A stretch of 44,107 nt of DNA. Source: Akkermansia muciniphila (GTDB lineage Bacteria > Verrucomicrobiota > Verrucomicrobiia > Opitutales > Opitutaceae). The stretch is taken from positions 1-44,107 of the forward strand of contig CAMCHD010000001.1 of NCBI GenBank assembly GCA_945874545.1, written 5' to 3'. Under the pieces are notes generated by a model. It was given only the letters and a program-made list of their open reading frames with translations, was not told the DNA's origin and did no database searches. Positions 28,632 to 37,787 of this stretch are shown piece after piece. The position numbers and the translations under genes were made by a program. Position 1 is the stretch's first letter. Every line of letters begins with the position of its first letter.

Positions 28632-29816
28632 ATGCCCAAGTCGAAACCATTGCCCGCGCCGCCCGCCGCGCTGCTTGAAAGGTTGCACGAGCCGATGCTC
28701 GCGCTGCACGCGGCGCTGGAGACGGACGCGCTTTGGAAGGCGGTGCAGGCGGTGCTGCGGACGGTGGCGCCATCGCACCGCGTCACGCTTTTCCTCGGGC
28801 ATCTCGGCATGGGCGAGGCGCGGGTGGTGTTGACCGATCCGGTGATCGCGCGACCTGCGGACTGGTATGCGGAGCGGGGGAAGGCGAACCCCTTCAATCC
28901 CTTCATCGAGGCGAACCGGGGGCGGAAGTTCTACCGCTTCGAGGAGGTTTTGCCGGCGCGCAGGGAGTGGCTGAAGTCGGATTTTTATCTGCGCTTCGCG
29001 AAGGAGGAGGGCTGGGACAAGGGCGTCTCGATGCTCTACTGGGCGCAGCGCGAGGTGACGGCGATGTTCAGTCTTTATCGGGCGCCGGAGGAGCCGGCGT
29101 TCACGGCGGCGGAGGAGGCGGCGCTGCACTGGCTGCACCCCTACATCGGCATCGCGATCGCGCGCGTGCAGCGGCTGCACACCGAGCGGCTGGCGCGGCG
29201 CAGCCTGGAGGAGTTCAACAAGCACCTGCCGGTCGGGCTGGTGCTGGTTTCCTGGGAATTGAAGGCGGAGTTCGCGAACCACGAGGGACAGCGCCAGTGC
29301 CTGGTCTGGAACCATGGGCCGGGCGGGGCGCGGGCCTTGAACCCAAAGGACGCGTTCGAGGTGCCGGCGGCGGTGCTGGAGGCGTGCGCTGCGCTCAAGG
29401 CGGCGGTGTTGGCGCGCAACCCGAAGACGTTGACGCTGCTGCCGGGCGACGTGGCGGCGGTGGGGCACCCGGCGTGGCCGGAGCTGCGCGGCCAGGTCTC
29501 GGTTCACAACAACCCCGGCAGCGCGCTGGCCCGGCCGCGTTTCCTGGTCGTGCTCGACACGCGCCCGGGGGCGGCGGCGGGCGGGGCGGCGGGGGAGTCG
29601 GCGCTGGGCGGCCCTGCGCCGGATCGCTTCGGGGCGCTGCGGGAGCTGACGCCGCGGGAGCGGGAGATCGCGCTGCTGGTTTGCGAGGGGTGCAGCAACG
29701 CGGAGATCGCGCGCCGGCTCAGCAAAAGCGTGCTGACGATCAAGACCCAGTTGAACTCGATCTTTCGCAAGCTGGGCGTCGCCTCGCGGACGCGCCTGAT
29801 GGCGATGCTGCGCTGA
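28632..29816 (+). CDS. LuxR-family transcriptional regulator (N-terminal GAF/PAS-like sensor, C-terminal HTH), paralog 1
   Basis: C-terminal LTPREREIALLVCEGCSNAEIARRLSKSVLTIKTQLNSIFRKLGV. Start chosen by comparison with paralog 2; ATG 28608 and 28566 are alternatives. Confidence 0.88.
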   Translation: MPKSKPLPAPPAALLERLHEPMLALHAALETDALWKAVQAVLRTVAPSHRVTLFLGHLGMGEARVVLTDPVIARPADWYAERGKANPFNPFIEANRGRKFYRFEEVLPARREWLKSDFYLRFAKEEGWDKGVSMLYWAQREVTAMFSLYRAPEEPAFTAAEEAALHWLHPYIGIAIARVQRLHTERLARRSLEEFNKHLPVGLVLVSWELKAEFANHEGQRQCLVWNHGPGGARALNPKDAFEVPAAVLEACAALKAAVLARNPKTLTLLPGDVAAVGHPAWPELRGQVSVHNNPGSALARPRFLVVLDTRPGAAAGGAAGESALGGPAPDRFGALRELTPREREIALLVCEGCSNAEIARRLSKSVLTIKTQLNSIFRKLGVASRTRLMAMLR

Positions 29817-30842
29817 TCAGGGCTGGGGCGCGGGCTCCAGGCGGCCGCCGGTCGCGCGCACGACGCGCACGGCGGCGGGGGCGGAGACGTCGAGGGTGCG
29901 GAGATTGAGCGTGCTCTCGGGGTCGAGACCGATCACGGAGGCGCGCGCCTCAAGCGGGCGGCCCGCGACCACCGTGGCGGCGGGCGAGGCGAGGAGTTGC
30001 ACGAGCCAGGCGGAGCCGCTTTTGGCGGTGTGGACGCGGGCGGTGGCGTCGGGCTCGACGCAGAGCGCGGTGGCCTCGTCCACGCCGAGGCCCACGAGGC
30101 GTGGGGCGGCGGGGTTTTCGGACTGGAGGCGGGATAAAAAAGTGACGAGCCGGCCGAGGCGCTGGCGGGGCATGAAGTGGCTGTCGGTGATCACGCCGGC
30201 GAGGGCGGGTGCGGAGAGAAAGCCGGAGCCGAGCGTGATGTTGGGATCGAAGGGATCCTTGAGCGTCTGCTCGCTGGTCACGCTATCGAGCAGGGCGGAG
30301 TAGTAGTGCTCGCCCAGGACGGCGAGGCCTGCGCTGGTGCCGCCGATGGGTTTGCCGGCGGCGAGGTGGGCGTTCAGCGCGGCGGCGACGGGGGTGTCTT
30401 TCCAGTATTTGATGTAGAGCGACTGGTCGCCGCCTGCCAGGAACACGCCCTCGGCGGCGGCGATGGCGGCGAGGACGGCGGGGTCGGTCGCGGCGGAGGC
30501 GTCGAGGAACTTGATGGTCGTCACCGACGCGACGCCGCCGATGGTTTCGTGTAGGTAGCGCTGGTAGCCGTCGCCGCCCGACGCGCGCAGGACGACGAGA
30601 TCGCCGCCGCCGGCGCAGGCGACGAACCAGCGCCAGGCGGACTCGACGTCGCCGCCGCCGCCCATCATCAGCAGGCCGGCTCGGGTGGCGTCGGGCGCGG
30701 CGGGAATGAAGTCGGCCGCGTCGCCGATGTGCCAGGATTCGTAGCCGGGACCCTTGGGAAGGAGCGCGGTGGCGGCGGTGGCGGCGGAGGCGAGGGTGAG
30801 GGCGGCGAGGACGAGTCGGGCGAGCGTGGAGCGAAGGAGCAT
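29817..30842 (-). CDS. Secreted cyanophycinase-family serine peptidase (S51), copy 1
   Basis: Signal peptide from MLLRSTL (ATG 30842); LMMGGG, AGGDQ, nucleophile GTSAG, DSHF..R.RLGRL, GVDEAT, giving an intact Ser-His-Glu triad. Confidence 0.88.
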   Translation of the reverse strand: MLLRSTLARLVLAALTLASAATAATALLPKGPGYESWHIGDAADFIPAAPDATRAGLLMMGGGGDVESAWRWFVACAGGGDLVVLRASGGDGYQRYLHETIGGVASVTTIKFLDASAATDPAVLAAIAAAEGVFLAGGDQSLYIKYWKDTPVAAALNAHLAAGKPIGGTSAGLAVLGEHYYSALLDSVTSEQTLKDPFDPNITLGSGFLSAPALAGVITDSHFMPRQRLGRLVTFLSRLQSENPAAPRLVGLGVDEATALCVEPDATARVHTAKSGSAWLVQLLASPAATVVAGRPLEARASVIGLDPESTLNLRTLDVSAPAAVRVVRATGGRLEPAPQP

Positions 30843-30910
30843 GGGGGAGAACCGGAGAGTGGAGCGCGGGACGTGCCGGGGCGGGTTTAATCCGGCCGGC
30901 CGAAACGGAA

Positions 30911-30926
30911 TGCAACCTTGGTGGTA
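30911..30926. promoter_or_regulatory. Putative 7-2-7 regulator box in the divergent cyanophycinase/OppA spacer
   Basis: TGCAACC-TT-GGTGGTA, 69 nt from the cyanophycinase ATG and 47 nt from the OppA ATG. Confidence 0.65.
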
Positions 30927-30972
30927 TGCCTTTCGCGCTGCATGGCACGGAAGCGGCGGGCACGGTGGGTCT

Positions 30973-32601
30973 ATGTTTAATCCATTTTCGGCGCGGTTCG
31001 GACGGGTGGTGGCGTTGGCGGCGGTGCTGGCGGCGGGGCCGTTCGGCTGCGCGAAGCGCGAGACGCCGGTCGAGGCGGGCAATCGCGACCGCGTGCTCAT
31101 CCGCGGCAACGCGACCGAGCCGGAGTCGCTCGATCCGTATCTGGTGCGCGGTCAGGTGGAGTGGACCATCGTGGGCGGGTTGTTCGAGGGTTTGGTGACG
31201 CCGGATGCGGCGACGCTTGAGCCTCGGCCGGGGGCGGCGGAGTCGTGGGATGTCTCGGCGGACGGGTTGACCTACACTTTCCGTCTCCGCGAGGGCGCGC
31301 TTTGGAGCGACGGAGCGCCGGTGACGGCCGGGGATTTTGTCTACGGCGCGCGGCGCATGCTCGCGCCGCGCCTGGCCTCGGCGCATCCGGAGAACAATCT
31401 CTTCTTCGTGAAGGGCGCGCGGGATTACCAAGGCGGCAAGCTGGTCGATTTTGATCAGGTGGGGGTCAAGGCGCCCGACGCGCGCACGGTGGTTTTCACG
31501 CTGGAGCGGCCGACGCCGTTTTTTCTTTCCGCGCTGTATTTGTTTTTCCCGACGCAAGCTGCGGCGGTGGAGCGGCATGGGGCGATGGACGACCGCGGAA
31601 ACGGGTGGACCAAGCCGGGCAATCTGGTGGGCAACGGGCCCTTCACGCTGAAAGAGTGGTCCTTCGGCCGGCGCATCGTGCTGGTCAAAAACGCCCGCTA
31701 TTGGGACGCGGCGAACGTGGGGTTGGAGGCGGTGCATTTCCTGCCGATCGAAAATGCGCAGGTAGAGGAGACGGCCTTCCGCACCGGGCAGTTGCACATG
31801 ACGAGCACGGTGCCGTTTTCCAAGATCGAGGACTACCTCGCGCAGGCGGAGTCGCCCCTGCGGCAGGTGGATGATCGCGGCGTCTATTTCTACACGGTCA
31901 ACGTGAACAAGGCCCCGACGAACGACAAGCGGGTGCGGCAGGCGCTGGCCTTGGCGGTGGACCGGGAGCAGTTGGCCAAGGCGGTGCTGCGCGGCGGCAG
32001 GCAGCCGGCGACGAGCTTCACGCCGCCGGGCATGGGCGGCTACACGTCGCGGGCGCGCACGAGCTTCGATCCGGCAAAGGCGCGCGCGCTCCTGGCGGAG
32101 GCGGGTTATCCGGACGGCAAGGGCATGCCGGCGATCGAGGTGCTCTTCGACTCGCGGGAGTATCATCGCGTGATCGCGGAGGCGGTGCAGCAAATGTGGC
32201 GGCAGAATCTCGGGGTGATCGTGGCGTTGCGGAACGAGGAGACGCAGGTGCTGATCGCCTCAAAGAACGCGATGAACTTCCACCTCGCGCGCGGCTCGTG
32301 GAACGCGACGACCTACCAGGATCCGTTCTACTTCCTCGGCGCCTGGCAAACGGGGGCGCTCTACAACGAGGCGGGGTGGTCGGCGCCGGAGTATGACCGC
32401 TGCATCGCGGCGACCTGGACGGCGGACGCGGCCGCGCGCGAGGCGGCGTTCCAGCGCGCGGAGGAGATTTTCCTGGAGGAGACGCCGGCGATCCCGCTCT
32501 TTTTCTCGACCCAGCTCTACCTGGCCTCGCCGCAGGTGAACGGCTTGTTGTCCAAACCTTTCGCGGACCGCCGGCTGAAGCTCCTGCGGGTGGAGCCGTG
32601 A
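30973..32601 (+). CDS. Peptide ABC transporter substrate-binding lipoprotein (OppA/family 5)
   Basis: Lipobox-like PFGC; EPESLDP, LFEGL, PGAAESW..S.DGLTYTFRLR...WSDG.PVTA.DF, GNGPF, VRQALALAVDR, P.IPLF. ATG at 30973. Confidence 0.92.
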   Translation: MFNPFSARFGRVVALAAVLAAGPFGCAKRETPVEAGNRDRVLIRGNATEPESLDPYLVRGQVEWTIVGGLFEGLVTPDAATLEPRPGAAESWDVSADGLTYTFRLREGALWSDGAPVTAGDFVYGARRMLAPRLASAHPENNLFFVKGARDYQGGKLVDFDQVGVKAPDARTVVFTLERPTPFFLSALYLFFPTQAAAVERHGAMDDRGNGWTKPGNLVGNGPFTLKEWSFGRRIVLVKNARYWDAANVGLEAVHFLPIENAQVEETAFRTGQLHMTSTVPFSKIEDYLAQAESPLRQVDDRGVYFYTVNVNKAPTNDKRVRQALALAVDREQLAKAVLRGGRQPATSFTPPGMGGYTSRARTSFDPAKARALLAEAGYPDGKGMPAIEVLFDSREYHRVIAEAVQQMWRQNLGVIVALRNEETQVLIASKNAMNFHLARGSWNATTYQDPFYFLGAWQTGALYNEAGWSAPEYDRCIAATWTADAAAREAAFQRAEEIFLEETPAIPLFFSTQLYLASPQVNGLLSKPFADRRLKLLRVEP

Positions 32602-32665
32602 GGCGCGCGCGGTCTGGATGCGCTTTGGGTCGCGTCCGAGCGGGGACTGGGACCAGGCTGACGAC

Positions 32666-33841
32666 ATGATCGCGAAGTCCAAGCGAAAGGGGCGGCCGGT
32701 GACGTCGGACGAGGCGGGCAAGTGGGAGCCGTATCTCTTTCCACTGCACGCGGCGACGGGTGCGGAGGCCCTTTGGCGCGCGGTCTCGCCCCTGCTGCGG
32801 GCGGCCTTCGCGCCTTGCGTGCGAACGACGCTTTTCCTGGGGCACTTCGGCATGCGCGAGGCGCGGTTGGTGTTCACCGAGCCGCCGATGGACAACCTGA
32901 TGGAGTGGTATCGCGAACGCGGAGCGATCAATCCCTTCACGCCCTACATCCGGGCGCATCGGCGGCTCACTCACTACCGTTTTGCGGACGTGGTGGGACC
33001 GGCGGAGGATTTTCGGAAGACCGAATTTTATCGCCGCTTCGCGCGGCCGGAGGGGTGGGAAAACGGGATGTCCGGGGTATTCTGGGACCGGGACGAGGTG
33101 AAGGCCATGTTCAGCGTCTACCGGGCGGCGGGTCAGCCGGACTTCGACGACGCGGACGTGGCGCGGCTGGCCTACCTGAGACCGCACATCGAGACGGCGA
33201 TCGACCGGGTGCGCGAGCTGCACGCCGAGCGACTGCAGCGCAAGGTGCTGGAGGAATTCAGCCGGCACATCCCCATCGGGTTGATGTTGCTGGATTGGGA
33301 TCTCAGTCCGCTTTTCACGAATACGGAGGCGGTGCGGGAGTGCGTGGTGTGGCAGCATGGTCCGGACGTCGCGCGCGGGCTGGTGTCGCGCGACCACCTC
33401 GAATTGCCGCCGGCGATCCGCGAGGCGTGCCTCGAGCTGCGGGAGATGATCCTGCGGGCCAACGCGAAGGACAAACCGGTGTTCCCGCACGCGCTGGAGC
33501 GGGTGGCGCATCCTACGCTCGCGGGGCGCCTGGCCTCGGTGTCGGCGATCAACGCCTCGCCGGGGTTGCTGGCCAAGCCGGGGTTTCTGGTGGTGATGGA
33601 GGACCGGGGGCCGATGGAGGCGGGCGGGGGCGCGCGGGTGCCGGCGGAGAAACAGCGGCTGCTCTGGGTGCTCTCGCCAAGCGAACGGGAGATCGCGCTG
33701 CTCATCTGCGAAGGTTGCTCGAACCAGGAGATCGCGACGCGGCTGAAAAAGAGCCTGCTCACCGCGAAGAAGCAGGTGACGTCGATATTTTCGAAACTCG
33801 GCGTGAACAGCCGTTCAAGGCTGATTTTGCTACTCCGCTAG
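32666..33841 (+). CDS. LuxR-family transcriptional regulator, paralog 2
   Basis: Aligns along its length with paralog 1 (TLFLGH.GM.EAR.V.T.P, WY.ERG..NPF, FY.RFA..EGW, AMFS.YRA); HTH LSPSEREIALLICEGCSNQEIA. ATG at 32666. Confidence 0.88.
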   Translation: MIAKSKRKGRPVTSDEAGKWEPYLFPLHAATGAEALWRAVSPLLRAAFAPCVRTTLFLGHFGMREARLVFTEPPMDNLMEWYRERGAINPFTPYIRAHRRLTHYRFADVVGPAEDFRKTEFYRRFARPEGWENGMSGVFWDRDEVKAMFSVYRAAGQPDFDDADVARLAYLRPHIETAIDRVRELHAERLQRKVLEEFSRHIPIGLMLLDWDLSPLFTNTEAVRECVVWQHGPDVARGLVSRDHLELPPAIREACLELREMILRANAKDKPVFPHALERVAHPTLAGRLASVSAINASPGLLAKPGFLVVMEDRGPMEAGGGARVPAEKQRLLWVLSPSEREIALLICEGCSNQEIATRLKKSLLTAKKQVTSIFSKLGVNSRSRLILLLR

Positions 33842-33853
33842 GCGGTTCCGTAT

Positions 33854-34930
33854 TCAAGGAGCAGGCACGGTCACGCGCAGGCGGGCGAAGAGGCGGCCGG
33901 GGGCGGGGGGCGCGGCGAGGGCGAAGGCGACCTGTGCGCCCGGGGCGCCGGGGTTGAGAGCGGCGGGTGTCCAGGTGGCGAGGTCCGGGGATGTTTCAAC
34001 CAAGTAGTCGAGGTCGTCGCGGGCGCGGAGAAAGGTGAAGGACAGGTTGTCGGGACCGGAGGAAGCGAGCCGGGGCTCGGCGTCGCTGGAGGAGATGTCC
34101 GGGCGGTCGAGGCCGAGGGCGGCGTGGAGGAGGGCGGGCCGGCCGTCGGGGGCGGGTGCGAGGCCGGGGAACTCGGTGGTGACGCCCGACTCGATGCGCA
34201 GGTCGTCGAGGTCAAGGAAGTGGGCGGGCGTGCCGCCGTCGGTGAAATCGCCCCGGCAGGCCCAGCGCAGGGAGGTCAGGCGGTTGACGACGGCGGGGAG
34301 GGCGGCGACGCCGGCGAATTCCGTGGTCGTGTCGGCGCGGATACGGCTGAGCACCAGGAGCCGGGAGGAAAGATCGAGGGAGAGGCGGAGCTCGACGGGC
34401 GCGGCGGAGGCGGCGGGGAGGATCACCGGGTGCCAGCGGGTGGCGGCGCCCTCGCGGCGCCAGCCGTAGCGCAGGCCGGCGGCGGTCGCCTCGAGGACGA
34501 GTTCGGCGGCGACGAGGGCGTTGCCCTGGATGAAGCCGAGTTCGAGGCGCGGAGGCGTGGCGCCGGCGGCGGGCGAGGGCGCGAGGTCCCACGCGGCGAG
34601 GCGGAGGCGGAGGACGACGGCGCCTTCGGTGGGCTCGGCGGCGAAGTTCACGAACGTGGTGCGGCGGCCGGGGCCGCCGTCGGCGGCGTCGCGCACGCGG
34701 AGCGCGCCGGACCCGGTGGTGGCGAGGCCGGGGATGGCGACGTCCCAGCGCGCGGCGCGGGTGGTGCGGCCGGGGGCGGAGTTGGCGGCGAGGTCCAGGG
34801 TGCGGGCGACGGGGTCGTCGAAGGTCCAATACTCGAGGACGGCGGCGGCGCGGGCGGGCACGGCGGCGGCGAGCAGCGCGAAGCCGAGACGGGTGAGGAA
34901 GGGGCGGAAGGAGGGCACCGGCGGAATCAA
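33854..34930 (-). CDS. Secreted protein with W-x-F-D-D N-terminal domain and a shortened C-terminal F-x-R-L domain
   Basis: Signal peptide; EYWTFDDP...ANS...IPGLATTGSGAL, LAAWDL; C-terminal LSFTF...YLVETSPDLATW...LFARLRV. The TTG start overlaps the upstream stop (TTGA) and is uncertain. Confidence 0.72.
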   Translation of the reverse strand: MIPPVPSFRPFLTRLGFALLAAAVPARAAAVLEYWTFDDPVARTLDLAANSAPGRTTRAARWDVAIPGLATTGSGALRVRDAADGGPGRRTTFVNFAAEPTEGAVVLRLRLAAWDLAPSPAAGATPPRLELGFIQGNALVAAELVLEATAAGLRYGWRREGAATRWHPVILPAASAAPVELRLSLDLSSRLLVLSRIRADTTTEFAGVAALPAVVNRLTSLRWACRGDFTDGGTPAHFLDLDDLRIESGVTTEFPGLAPAPDGRPALLHAALGLDRPDISSSDAEPRLASSGPDNLSFTFLRARDDLDYLVETSPDLATWTPAALNPGAPGAQVAFALAAPPAPGRLFARLRVTVPAP

Positions 34931-35988
34931 TACGGGCTGGCGGGCCCGGTGCCGTTGACGTTGAGCAAGGTGGTGACGCCGGTGGTGGCGCCGGTGGCGA
35001 AGTCGAAGGTCTGGCCGGGGGCGAGTTTGGTGCGGCGGATACGTTGGTAGATCAGGGGCAGGCCGGAGGCGACCTGGGTGCGGGCGGTGTCGAGGCGATC
35101 CTCGCGCAACACGTAGGCGCGGCCGGAGCCGTTGCCATCCACGAGCAGGGTGCCGAGGCCGGCGGAGTTGACGAAGACGGCGGTGTTTTCGTCGATGCCG
35201 ACGCCGGTAATGAGGGACGTGCGGGCGTCCTGCCTGAGGCGGGCCATGAAGGTGAGGAGGCGGCCCATGCGGTCGCGGTTGGCGAAATGGACGTCGACCA
35301 GCGTGTCGTAGAGGGTCGGGACGCGGAGGAAGTCGGTGGAGAGGGTGACGCCGGTGCGGTAGGGGTTGGCGACGGCCTCGGCGCTGGTGACGGCGGTGGT
35401 GGACGGGTCGTAGATGTATTCGCCGAGGACCATGGCGCCGGCGGAGGTGCCGCCGAGGACGGCGCCGCGGGCGTAGGCGGCGCGCAAGGCGGTCTCCACG
35501 GCGGTGCCGCGCCAGTAGGTGGTGTAGTCGTTTTGGTCGCCGCCCGCCATCCAGATCATCTCGGCGTGATCGAGGGCGTAGCGGACGTAGTTGAGGTCGG
35601 CCTTGGCGCGGGTGTTGACCACCAGGGTCTCGACGGAATTGGGGGTGAGGGCGGCGCGGGTGGCCGCCGGGATGAGAGCGGGGATGTCGGTGAAGAAGTA
35701 GCTTTGGTAGCCGCTGGTGCCGGTGGCGCGCAGGACGACGATGTCGCCCCCGTTCACAATGGGGAAGGCCTTGGTGGCGAAGGCGGCGTCGACCTCGGAG
35801 CCGCCGCCCATAAGGAGGATGGCCGGGCCGCCGGCGGGCAGGGCGGGGTCGTCGGTGGCGCTGCCGCTGAAGTAGTTGGTCAGCCCGGAGGGTTTCACGG
35901 GGCGCTGGGCGAGCGCGGGGGATACGGCGAGGCCGAAGAGGGCGATCAGGGCGATAAACGCCCGACGGGGACGCGACGGGGGCGGCAT
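34927..35988 (-). CDS. Secreted cyanophycinase-family serine peptidase (S51), copy 2
   Basis: Signal peptide; LLMGGG, AGGDQ, GTSAG, DVHF..RDRMGRL, GIDENT. Confidence 0.88.
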   Translation of the reverse strand: MPPPSRPRRAFIALIALFGLAVSPALAQRPVKPSGLTNYFSGSATDDPALPAGGPAILLMGGGSEVDAAFATKAFPIVNGGDIVVLRATGTSGYQSYFFTDIPALIPAATRAALTPNSVETLVVNTRAKADLNYVRYALDHAEMIWMAGGDQNDYTTYWRGTAVETALRAAYARGAVLGGTSAGAMVLGEYIYDPSTTAVTSAEAVANPYRTGVTLSTDFLRVPTLYDTLVDVHFANRDRMGRLLTFMARLRQDARTSLITGVGIDENTAVFVNSAGLGTLLVDGNGSGRAYVLREDRLDTARTQVASGLPLIYQRIRRTKLAPGQTFDFATGATTGVTTLLNVNGTGPASPY

Positions 35989-36031
35989 CGAGGGGAAGGC
36001 ATGGCGCGCTCCCCGGCGGGGCGCGGACGGA

Positions 36032-36778
36032 TCAGAGGGGATCGTCGGGCATGCCGACGGGCGAGAGGAGGAAGCCGCCGGGGCCGGAGCCGACGCCGAC
36101 CTTCTCGTAGGCGACGTGGCCGTCGAAGAAGGCGTAGTTGCGGCCGCCGCGGTGGGGCGGGGGAATTTTTTTGCCCGAGAGGCTGGGCGATCCGGAGCCG
36201 AAGTTGCGGCTATCGATGTCGGTCAGCATCCAGATGCGGGACAGGGGCATGTCGGTGGAGACGAGGGTGCGGGCGGTGCGGATCTGGGACAGGCGGGCGG
36301 GGAGGGCGCCGGAGGTGGGGTTGCCGAAGGGGCGGGACTTCTGGACGGTGCTGCCGTTGTTCAGCAGGTAGACGAAGCGTTGGGTGGGGTTATTGTTGGC
36401 CTCGGCGGCGGCGGAGTTGGCGGGGCAGACCCAGAAGTTGTCCGATTTGTCCCCGAGGTAGGGCTGGATGAAGTTGCGCAGGGTGACGGTGGTGGCGTCG
36501 AGCGGGGTGGCGGGGTCGGGGGCGGAGATGTCGCGGTTCACCGGGCCGGGCAGGGTGTCCTTGTTGGCCGAGGCGTAGAGGAGGATGGACAGGGCGATCT
36601 GGCGCTGGGTGGCGCCGCACTTGGAGGTCTTGGCGGATTCCCGGACCTGGCCGGTGACGGGGATGATGATGGCGGCGAGGATGCCGATGATGGCGATGAC
36701 GGTCAGCAGCTCGATCAGGGTGAATCCGCGGCGAGAAGCGCGGCGGCGGACGGCAAGGGAAAGGTCGGAGGATTGCAT
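36032..36778 (-). CDS. Prepilin-type N-terminal cleavage/methylation protein with H-X9-DG motif
   Basis: RRGFTLIELLTVIAIIGILAAIIIP, CPA, and HRGGRNYAFFDGHV; a family typical of PVC bacteria. Confidence 0.9.
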   Translation of the reverse strand: MQSSDLSLAVRRRASRRGFTLIELLTVIAIIGILAAIIIPVTGQVRESAKTSKCGATQRQIALSILLYASANKDTLPGPVNRDISAPDPATPLDATTVTLRNFIQPYLGDKSDNFWVCPANSAAAEANNNPTQRFVYLLNNGSTVQKSRPFGNPTSGALPARLSQIRTARTLVSTDMPLSRIWMLTDIDSRNFGSGSPSLSGKKIPPPHRGGRNYAFFDGHVAYEKVGVGSGPGGFLLSPVGMPDDPL

Positions 36779-36845
36779 GGCTGGGCGGGCGGCGAAACGG
36801 TATCGTGGCGTGGGCGTGATTTCAGCAGGCGGAGTGCCCCCGACC

Positions 36846-36861
36846 TAAGCCCTTCGGTGTA
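36846..36861. promoter_or_regulatory. Putative 7-2-7 regulator box upstream of the prepilin/cyanophycinase-2 unit
   Basis: TAAGCCC-TT-CGGTGTA, 68 nt upstream of ATG 36778. Confidence 0.5.
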
Positions 36862-36862
36862 T

Positions 36863-37696
36863 TTAGGGCCGGCGGCGACGGGCCAGGGCGAGGCCGAGGA
36901 GCGCGGCGCCGGCGAGGGCGGAGGCGGCGGCGGGCTCGGGGATGGCGGTCGGCGTGACCACCAGATCGTCGATGGCAACGTGGCGGCCGTTGCTGGACGG
37001 ATCGACGAAGGTCCAGCGGAAGTAGATGGAGGCGCCGTCGGCGACCATCAGCGGGACGTTCAGACCATAGGCCGTGCTGGAGATGCTGGCGAGTTGCGCG
37101 TTGGCGGTGCCGGCGCCGATGGAGTAGTCGGTCCCGAGCGGGGTGTAGGTGGTGCCGTTCGCGCTGTAGGAAAAGGAGACGGTGGTCGGGGTGGCGCTGA
37201 TGCCGTCGGTGTAGCGTTCGATGGCGTAGGCGACGTTCCAGCCGGTGATATCGGCGCCGGTGTTGTTCGAGAATTGTCCGGTGAGCGTGGCGGTGACGCC
37301 GAGCTTGCCGCCGAAGGCGAGATCGGTGGCGGTGAGGTTGTCGGCCCGGAGGGCGCGGGTGCTGTTGGTGTTGGAGTAGCTCAGGTTGAGGCTGTAGAAA
37401 CCGCCGGTGCTGAAATCGGTGGTCGCCCCGCCGGCCCAGGTCAGGCCGGGTTGAATCAGGACGGGGACGGTGGGGTTGCCGGAGTTTGCGCCGATCGCGG
37501 GAAAGGCGCCGCCCAGGGTCACGCTGCCGCTCGCGGTGGCGTAGGTGCCGGAGGGGAAGGCGGTGTTGAGATCGTCGAAGTTCTCGACGTAGGGGGAGAG
37601 GGTGGAAAACGTGACGGCCGACTGAGCGTGGGCGGGCCGGGCGCAGGCGACGAGGGCGAAGACGGCGAGGCCGGAGCGGAGGCGAGGAGTGTTCAT
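36863..37696 (-). CDS. PEP-CTERM surface protein
   Basis: Signal peptide from MNTPRL (ATG 37696); YVENFD domain; C-terminal IPEP, TM segment and RRRRP. Confidence 0.88.
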   Translation of the reverse strand: MNTPRLRSGLAVFALVACARPAHAQSAVTFSTLSPYVENFDDLNTAFPSGTYATASGSVTLGGAFPAIGANSGNPTVPVLIQPGLTWAGGATTDFSTGGFYSLNLSYSNTNSTRALRADNLTATDLAFGGKLGVTATLTGQFSNNTGADITGWNVAYAIERYTDGISATPTTVSFSYSANGTTYTPLGTDYSIGAGTANAQLASISSTAYGLNVPLMVADGASIYFRWTFVDPSSNGRHVAIDDLVVTPTAIPEPAAASALAGAALLGLALARRRRP

Positions 37697-37745
37697 AGTG
37701 TTTTTTGGATACGTGGAGGATAGCGCAGGTGCGGTGCCGCCGTCG

Positions 37746-37761
37746 TGGGACCTTGGTGGCA
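37746..37761. promoter_or_regulatory. Putative 7-2-7 regulator box with downstream -10 element
   Basis: TGGGACC-TT-GGTGGCA, 50 nt upstream of ATG 37696; TATCCT lies 23 nt downstream on the minus strand. Confidence 0.55.
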
Positions 37762-37787
37762 TCGGGCGGTGGAATCGCGGGGCCGGG

